63,690 bases of DNA from assembly GCA_016865935.1 (NCBI GenBank), contig VGOB01000001.1:1-63690 (forward strand), written 5' to 3'. The position numbers and the translations under genes were made by a program. How positions within the stretch are numbered: the first letter of the stretch is position 1; each line of letters starts with the position of its first letter. The DNA comes from Chloroflexota bacterium. GTDB taxonomy: Bacteria; Chloroflexota; Anaerolineae; UBA4142. Below, one piece after another: positions 58,617 to 63,690 of this stretch. The notes below the pieces were generated by a model. That model was not told the origin of the DNA and did not search any database. It saw nothing but the letters and a program-made list of their open reading frames with translations.

Positions 58617-59526
58617 TTATGCCGAGTCCAAGCTCTGCGGCGAATTGCTGCGCGCGCAACAATTCGCGGAGTGTGACAGTGCGATTCAATTCGGGATAGT
58701 GAGACGCGTGATAGCGCGGGCGATACTGCGCCATCACGTTGACGTACGTCCGTGGTGAGATGTCGTGCGCCAGCCAGCGCAAGGTTTCGCGTGTGCCGGC
58801 AAGATCGTCCGGCAACAGCAGATGCCGCACGAGCAGACCGCGCGTCGCGATGCCCCATTCATCCATTTGCAAATCGCCCACCTGCCGATGCATCTCTTGC
58901 GCCGCCGCGCGATTGATCGCGGGATAATCGCGCGCCTTGGAATATTGGCGCGCGATTTCCGCGTCGGCGTATTTCATATCCGGCATATAAAGATCCACGA
59001 CGCCGTCGAGCAGCGCGAGCGCTTCCGGCGAATCGTACCCGCCGGTGTTGTAGACGATTGGGATACGCAAACCGGCTTGCGCGGCGATCAGCGTCGCCGC
59101 GAGAATCGGCGCGACGACGTGACTGGGGCTGACGAAATTGATGTTGTGACACCCGCGCGCTTGCAGACGCAACATCGCCGCCGCCAGGTCTTCAGGTTCG
59201 ACCTCGTTCCCCTCGCCCAGTTGACTGATTTCGTAATTCTGGCAGTAGACGCACCGCAAGTTGCACCACGCGAAAAAGATCGTCCCCGATCCGCCGCGCC
59301 CAACGAGCGGTGGTTCTTCTCCAAAATGCGCGCCGTAACTCGCGAGCACGGCGCGCGCGCCCGTGCGACACACCGCGCCCTGGATCGTCGTGTGACGATT
59401 GACGCCGCAATGCTGCGCGCACAAATCGCATCGTTCCAAGTGTTGGTACGCCGCGCGCGCGCGCGCCGCCAGTTCGCCGGTTTTGTGCAGACGAAGGTAC
59501 GCCGGCTCGAACATTGCTGGGCTCAC
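58609..59526 (-). CDS. radical SAM protein, PflX-like (COG1313-type)
   Basis: 305-aa ORF. The GTG at 59526 overlaps the ggt stop by 4 nt; an alternative ATG lies at 59514. Cluster motif CNLRCVYCQN. Confidence 0.8.
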   Translation of the reverse strand: MSPAMFEPAYLRLHKTGELAARARAAYQHLERCDLCAQHCGVNRHTTIQGAVCRTGARAVLASYGAHFGEEPPLVGRGGSGTIFFAWCNLRCVYCQNYEISQLGEGNEVEPEDLAAAMLRLQARGCHNINFVSPSHVVAPILAATLIAAQAGLRIPIVYNTGGYDSPEALALLDGVVDLYMPDMKYADAEIARQYSKARDYPAINRAAAQEMHRQVGDLQMDEWGIATRGLLVRHLLLPDDLAGTRETLRWLAHDISPRTYVNVMAQYRPRYHASHYPELNRTVTLRELLRAQQFAAELGLGINQ

Positions 59527-61154
59527 ATTCCAATCGCGCAGCCGTCCGCGCGCGGATCACTTCCGCCCCAGAGCGTTCCGTCCGGCTCGCGCCGAATGAT
59601 TTGTCCGCGCCCAAACGTCGCGCGCGCATAGCCGCTGACCGGCACAACCGAATGCCCCATCTGCGCCAAGCGTTCCATCGTCTCAGGTTCGATTCCTTCT
59701 TCAAGTTGCACCGCGCTGGATGGCTGCGCTGCGGTCAAGCAAAAACGCGGACGATCGAGCGCGGCTTGCGGATCGAGATCGTCGTCAATCATTCCGGCGA
59801 CGACTTGGACGTGCCCTTGCGGCTGCATAAATCCGCCCATCACGCCAAAGGGCGCGTACAACGATCCGTCCGCTTCGCGCGTGATCATTCCGGGAATGAT
59901 CGTGTGGTACGGTCGTTTGCGCGGCGCGAGCGCGTTGGGGTGATCGGGAGCGAGCGAAAAGTTGTTGCCGCGATTTTGCAGCGTAAAGCCCCAGCCCTGC
60001 GGAACGATCCCGGTCCCAAAGCCCATATAATTTGAATTGATGATCGAGGCGCCGTTGCCTTGCGCGTCCACCACGCAAAAATACACCGTGTCCGACGACG
60101 CCACCGGCGCGCCGTGGCGCGTGTCCAGCGTAGCGTATTCCGGACTGATCAGCGCGCGCCGCGCCGCCGCATATTTTTTCGACAGCAAGCCGGCAAGCGG
60201 CGCAGGCGAAAATTTTGGATCGGCGACGTACCAACTCGTGTCTGCAAACGCGACGCGCAGCGCTTCGATCAACAAGTGCCACCGCGCCGCGCTCGATGGC
60301 GCGCTCGCTTTCAGATCGAATCCTTCGAGAAGGTTCAGCGCGATCAATGCGGCAAGTCCTTGTCCGTTTGGCGGGCACTCCCATACGCGATAGCCGCGAT
60401 ACGTCGCGCTGATTGGTTCATCCCAGGTTGATTCGTGCGCGGCGAGATCGTCCGGCGTCATCACGCCGCCGGATTGCCGGATCACGTCCGCAATCGCGCG
60501 CGCGATCTCGCCGCGATAGTACGCGTCCGTGCCGCCTTCGGCAATCGCGCGGAACGTGCGCGCGAGTCCGGGGTTGCGAAAGAGTTCGCCGGCGTGCGGA
60601 CCGCGTCCATCCAGCGTCAGTTCGCGTCCGTTCAACGCGGCTTTGAGTTGACGTTCCGCGCCGCGCTGCCAAAAGTACGCCGTCGTCGGCGCGACCGGAA
60701 ATCCTTTTTCTGCAAGTTCAATCGCGGGTACGAGAATTTCGCTCATCGGCATTGTGCCGTGCCGCGCGATCAGATCGCACCACCCCGCGCACGCGCCGGG
60801 CACCGTGACGTTATGTGCGTGATAGGGATCGGAGATTTGGTGATGGGGTGATTGGAGGTTTTGTTGCTTGATCACGTCAATCGTCAACGCGGCGGGCGCG
60901 CGCCCAGAGCCATTGAGCGCGGTGATATGTTTCGTGCACGCGTCGTAGAACAGCGCAAAAAAATCGCCGCCGAGTCCGGTGGAAGTCGGCTCGGTAACAT
61001 TCAGCGCGGCGGCGGTGGCGATTGCCGCATCGGCGGCGTTGCCACCCTGCAATAAGATTTTTACTCCCGCCATCGTCGCGAGCGGCTGGCTGGAGGCAAC
61101 CATTCCATGGCGCGCGAGGACGGGGGAGCGGCGGGAGGCAAAGTCGAATGACAT
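59523..61154 (-). CDS. ggt: gamma-glutamyltransferase-family protein
   Basis: ATG at 61154 (GAGGGA SD). The ORF-track start lies in a repeat. Sequence ...RHGMVASSQPLAT..., TVYFCVVD, and GGSDPRADG near the C-terminus. Confidence 0.88.
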   Translation of the reverse strand: MSFDFASRRSPVLARHGMVASSQPLATMAGVKILLQGGNAADAAIATAAALNVTEPTSTGLGGDFFALFYDACTKHITALNGSGRAPAALTIDVIKQQNLQSPHHQISDPYHAHNVTVPGACAGWCDLIARHGTMPMSEILVPAIELAEKGFPVAPTTAYFWQRGAERQLKAALNGRELTLDGRGPHAGELFRNPGLARTFRAIAEGGTDAYYRGEIARAIADVIRQSGGVMTPDDLAAHESTWDEPISATYRGYRVWECPPNGQGLAALIALNLLEGFDLKASAPSSAARWHLLIEALRVAFADTSWYVADPKFSPAPLAGLLSKKYAAARRALISPEYATLDTRHGAPVASSDTVYFCVVDAQGNGASIINSNYMGFGTGIVPQGWGFTLQNRGNNFSLAPDHPNALAPRKRPYHTIIPGMITREADGSLYAPFGVMGGFMQPQGHVQVVAGMIDDDLDPQAALDRPRFCLTAAQPSSAVQLEEGIEPETMERLAQMGHSVVPVSGYARATFGRGQIIRREPDGTLWGGSDPRADGCAIGM

Positions 61155-61165
61155 AATCCCTCGTT

Positions 61166-61222
61166 TCAAAAGTTCAAAGTTCAAGGTTCGATGTTGAACT
61201 TGGAACCTTGAACTTTGAACCT
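61166..61222. repeat. GTTCAAG palindromic repeat (copy B4)
   Basis: TCAAAAGTTCAAAGTTCAAGGTTCGATGTTGAACTTGGAACCTTGAACTTTGAACC. Confidence 0.65.
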
Positions 61223-61230
61223 CAAGCTCA

Positions 61231-62187
61231 CTATGCGGCGCGCGAGCCGGGCACTGCGACCGAGTGGAGCAACTCGTCCACGACCGCGCGCGCGTCCACG
61301 TTCTTCAGGCGCGCGGCGGGGCTGACGATGAGCCGGTGCGCGAGCGCGGCTCCGGCAAGCGCTTTGATGTCGTCGGGGATGACGTAAGCGCGACCCTGGA
61401 TCGCGGCGCGCGCTTGCGCGGTTTTGTAGAGCGCGAGCGAGCCGCGCGGGCTCGCGCCGAGATAGATATCGGGATGTTTGCGCGTCGCTTCGATCAGCGC
61501 GAGGATGTACTCTTTGACGAGCGCGTCAATGTACACATCTTTGACCGCGCGCTGTGCGTGCGTCAATTCATCCGCGCGGGCAACCTGATCGATCTGATCG
61601 ATCGGGTGCGCGAATTGCTGCGCGTCGAGCATCGCCATTTCGTCTTGCGGGGCAGGATAGCCGAGGTGGAGGCGAAGCATAAAGCGATCGAGTTGCGCTT
61701 CGGGCAAGGGAAACGTGCCTTCGTACTCGATGGGATTTTGCGTTGCCATCACCAGAAACGGTTGCGGCATCGGATACGTGATGCCGTCCACGGTGACCTG
61801 GCGCTCCTCCATACATTCGAGGAGCGCGCTTTGCGTCTTGGGCGTCGCGCGATTGATCTCATCGGTCAGCACGATTTGCGCGTGCACGGGTCCGGGACGA
61901 AATTCGAATTCGCGCGATTTTTGGTTGAAGACGCTGACGCCGGTCACATCGGTCGGCAACATATCCGGCGTAAATTGAATCCGCTTGAACGAACAGCCCA
62001 ACGATTTTGCCAGCGCGCGTGTGAGCATCGTCTTGCCGACGCCCGGCACATCTTCGATCAGCAAATGCCCCTGACACAAGAGCGCGATCAGCGCGAGTTC
62101 GACTTCGTTATGTTTGCCCAGGATCACGCGCTCGACATTCGCGGAAATTTTTTGCGCGAGCGTTTGAACGATTTGGATGTCAGACAT
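61231..62187 (-). CDS. MoxR-family AAA+ ATPase
   Basis: 318-aa ORF. Motifs [13 protein letters not shown] and [16 protein letters not shown]. Confidence 0.9.
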   Translation of the reverse strand: MSDIQIVQTLAQKISANVERVILGKHNEVELALIALLCQGHLLIEDVPGVGKTMLTRALAKSLGCSFKRIQFTPDMLPTDVTGVSVFNQKSREFEFRPGPVHAQIVLTDEINRATPKTQSALLECMEERQVTVDGITYPMPQPFLVMATQNPIEYEGTFPLPEAQLDRFMLRLHLGYPAPQDEMAMLDAQQFAHPIDQIDQVARADELTHAQRAVKDVYIDALVKEYILALIEATRKHPDIYLGASPRGSLALYKTAQARAAIQGRAYVIPDDIKALAGAALAHRLIVSPAARLKNVDARAVVDELLHSVAVPGSRAA

Positions 62188-62198
62188 AGTTTTTTGGG

Positions 62199-62285
62199 GG
62201 TTGGGTGATTAGTGATCGGCGAGTAGATGATTGGGTGATTGGGCAACGTGTTGACTAATCACCGATTACCAATCACTGCTTGACT
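62199..62285. repeat. GTGATTGG/GTGATTAG palindromic repeat (copy G2)
   Basis: GGGTTGGGTGATTAGTGATCGG...GATTGGGTGATTGGG ... GACTAATCACCGATTACCAATCAC. Confidence 0.55.
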
Positions 62286-62288
62286 GAA

Positions 62289-62843
62289 CTACGGATTCGC
62301 AATCGTGAAACGGATTTCGCACGGCGGCGGATATTGTCCGTCTTTTTGGACGACCATCAGGCGTAACCAGTAGACGCCGTTGGGCAACGTGCGCGTGGCG
62401 AGGCGCGCCAGCACCTCGTTTACGATTGGCGCGTCGCCATTGCCCAGCATCGCGTAGTTCGTGTTGCCATCGGTGCGATATTCGACTTTCCAGTACTGTA
62501 AGATCGGATGCGTCGCCGTGCCGCGAACTTCGATGATGTCAGTCACCTGACTGTCCATCGTCGGCGCGCTGATCGTCGCGCTGGAATTGCGACACGCGAG
62601 CGGCGACGCGCTGGTCGGCGTGCGCGCGGGCAGAGTTGGCGTTAGCGTCAATGTTGCCACAAGTGTCGGCGTGGATGAGGGTTCGAGCGTGACGGTGGGT
62701 AACAAGGTCGCGGTGGGTGGGAACGCGGTGGGTTGACCGAGCGTTGGCAGGACGGCGGGCAGGGGTGTGGGCTCCGCCGGTTGGCAACTTGAAATCAATC
62801 CAAGTGTGGTGATGAGGAACAGCATGCAAAAATATCGTCGCAT
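62289..62843 (-). CDS. secreted lipoprotein with a PT-rich linker and a C-terminal beta-rich domain
   Basis: 184-aa ORF. Lipobox LGLISSC. C-terminal sequence ...VEYRTDGNTNYAML...NGVYWLRLMVVQKDGQYPPPCEIRFTI. Confidence 0.6.
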   Translation of the reverse strand: MRRYFCMLFLITTLGLISSCQPAEPTPLPAVLPTLGQPTAFPPTATLLPTVTLEPSSTPTLVATLTLTPTLPARTPTSASPLACRNSSATISAPTMDSQVTDIIEVRGTATHPILQYWKVEYRTDGNTNYAMLGNGDAPIVNEVLARLATRTLPNGVYWLRLMVVQKDGQYPPPCEIRFTIANP

Positions 62844-62899
62844 TACTCAACCTTGAGTGTTCAGTATTCAGGCATCAGAAAATATTGTCTGGCGACTGT

Positions 62900-63493
62900 C
62901 TACTGACGACTGACGAGTTGCTTGCTTCGCGCGTCTCCCTGGAACGCCGGCACGCGTCCTTCTTCCGTGATGCGGTACAAGTCCTCTGGTTTTTCCAAGC
63001 GGTCGGTGAACAAGATGCCGTCGAGGTGATCGATCTCGTGTTGAAACGCGCGCGCGAGCAATCCTTCGCCGGTCAGTTTGACTTCCTTGCCGTTGCGGTT
63101 CAAACCCTTGACGATCACTTTTTCTGCGCGGCGCACCATACCGACGTACCCCGGAATCGAAAGACATCCTTCCTCGCCAATCTGTTCGCCTTCCGCTTTG
63201 ACGATTTCCGGATTGACGAGCGCGATGCGTTCGCCGCTGTATTTGATGCGGCGTCGTTTTTCGCGCGCTTCGGCTTCAATCGTATCGTCCACCTCTTCCT
63301 TCGTCATCTCGACGATAAAGACGCGCGCGCTCACGCCGATCTGCGGCGCGGCAAGTCCAAGTCCGTACGCTTCGTGCATCGAATCGAACATATCGTCAAT
63401 CAGTTTTTGGATCGCCGCGTCGACGCGTTTAACTTTTTTTGCTTTTTGCCGGAGCGCGGGATGCTCCGAAGTGAGTATTTCTTTGATAGCCAT
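62900..63493 (-). CDS. def: peptide deformylase
   Basis: 197-aa ORF. Motifs GLAAPQIG, EGCLSIPG and HEIDHLDG. Confidence 0.9.
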   Translation of the reverse strand: MAIKEILTSEHPALRQKAKKVKRVDAAIQKLIDDMFDSMHEAYGLGLAAPQIGVSARVFIVEMTKEEVDDTIEAEAREKRRRIKYSGERIALVNPEIVKAEGEQIGEEGCLSIPGYVGMVRRAEKVIVKGLNRNGKEVKLTGEGLLARAFQHEIDHLDGILFTDRLEKPEDLYRITEEGRVPAFQGDARSKQLVSRQ

Positions 63494-63498
63494 TCCAT

Positions 63499-63548
63499 CA
63501 GTATCCAGTATTCAGTATTCAGTATCCACTGAATGCTGAATACTGAAC
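63499..63548. repeat. CAGTATT palindromic repeat (copy A3)
   Basis: CAGTATCCAGTATTCAGTATTCAGTATCCACTGAATGCTGAATACTGAAC. Confidence 0.6.
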
Positions 63549-63690
63549 ACGATCTCCCACTCAGTATCATCTCAATCTTTCAGGGGAGACGCCGGCGAAA
63601 CTCTTGTGAAAATCTGACCGCCGTTTGACTCGGCTTGATACCACCACCTGCGATAATCATGGCAACCCTGATACCGGTAGGCGACCTGAG

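Noticed and set aside
59686-59696. GGTTCGATTCC, a tRNA T-loop-like string.
   Set aside because: It lies inside the ggt coding sequence. The flanking bases cannot form a T-stem or acceptor stem, and no anticodon arm is present.
63659-63690. An ATG at 63659 (MATLIPVGDL...) that could start a plus-strand gene running off the window.
   Set aside because: Only 10 codons are visible and there is no SD, so there is too little evidence to call it.

Overview
This is a GC-rich bacterial chromosomal segment. Gene content and repeat style suggest a Chloroflexota/Anaerolineae-like organism, but that placement is tentative. I support about 50 protein-coding genes and found no rRNA, tRNA or CRISPR array.

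Gene content, left to right:
- A redox cluster (ferredoxin-nitroreductase, SDR).
- A partial Wood-Ljungdahl-type cluster: cooS, an HMA-like gene, DUF166 and fhs.
- A PadR / Cys-rich small protein / DUF6062-like cluster.
- A stand-alone rpoC.
- yvcK-gap-pgk, a Uma2 nuclease and rqcH.
- A large NACHT-FGE STAND protein.
- A BMP-type nucleoside ABC importer.
- Proline dehydrogenase, cinA, ilvE and an EamA transporter.
- A ctaB operon embedded in four paralogous membrane proteins.
- crp with two PD40 lipoproteins, then ftsK.
- A glycosyltransferase and GDP-6-deoxyhexose envelope cluster: GT4, GT2, ispB-like, degV, PGM, glmM, gmd, rmd.
- NUDIX, a radical SAM gene, ggt, moxR and def.

Headline finding: a diversity-generating retroelement (DGR) signature. 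An 85-bp template repeat (22316..22400) lies 387 bp downstream of a matching variable repeat (22703..22787). The variable repeat encodes the C-terminal FGE/C-type-lectin tip of the NACHT protein. All 12 mismatches fall on template adenines. No reverse transcriptase or Avd gene is present anywhere in the window.

Second theme: the window carries many heptamer-built palindromic repeat families and about 100-200-bp MITE-like elements. They lie between cistrons of apparent operons, nest inside each other, and in several cases sit in frame inside coding genes (the NACHT-FGE protein, GT2, GT4). Pure direct heptamer tracts inside GT4 could allow phase variation.

Third: an uncharacterised tandem paralog array of polytopic membrane proteins surrounds heme O synthase, behind a riboswitch-like leader.
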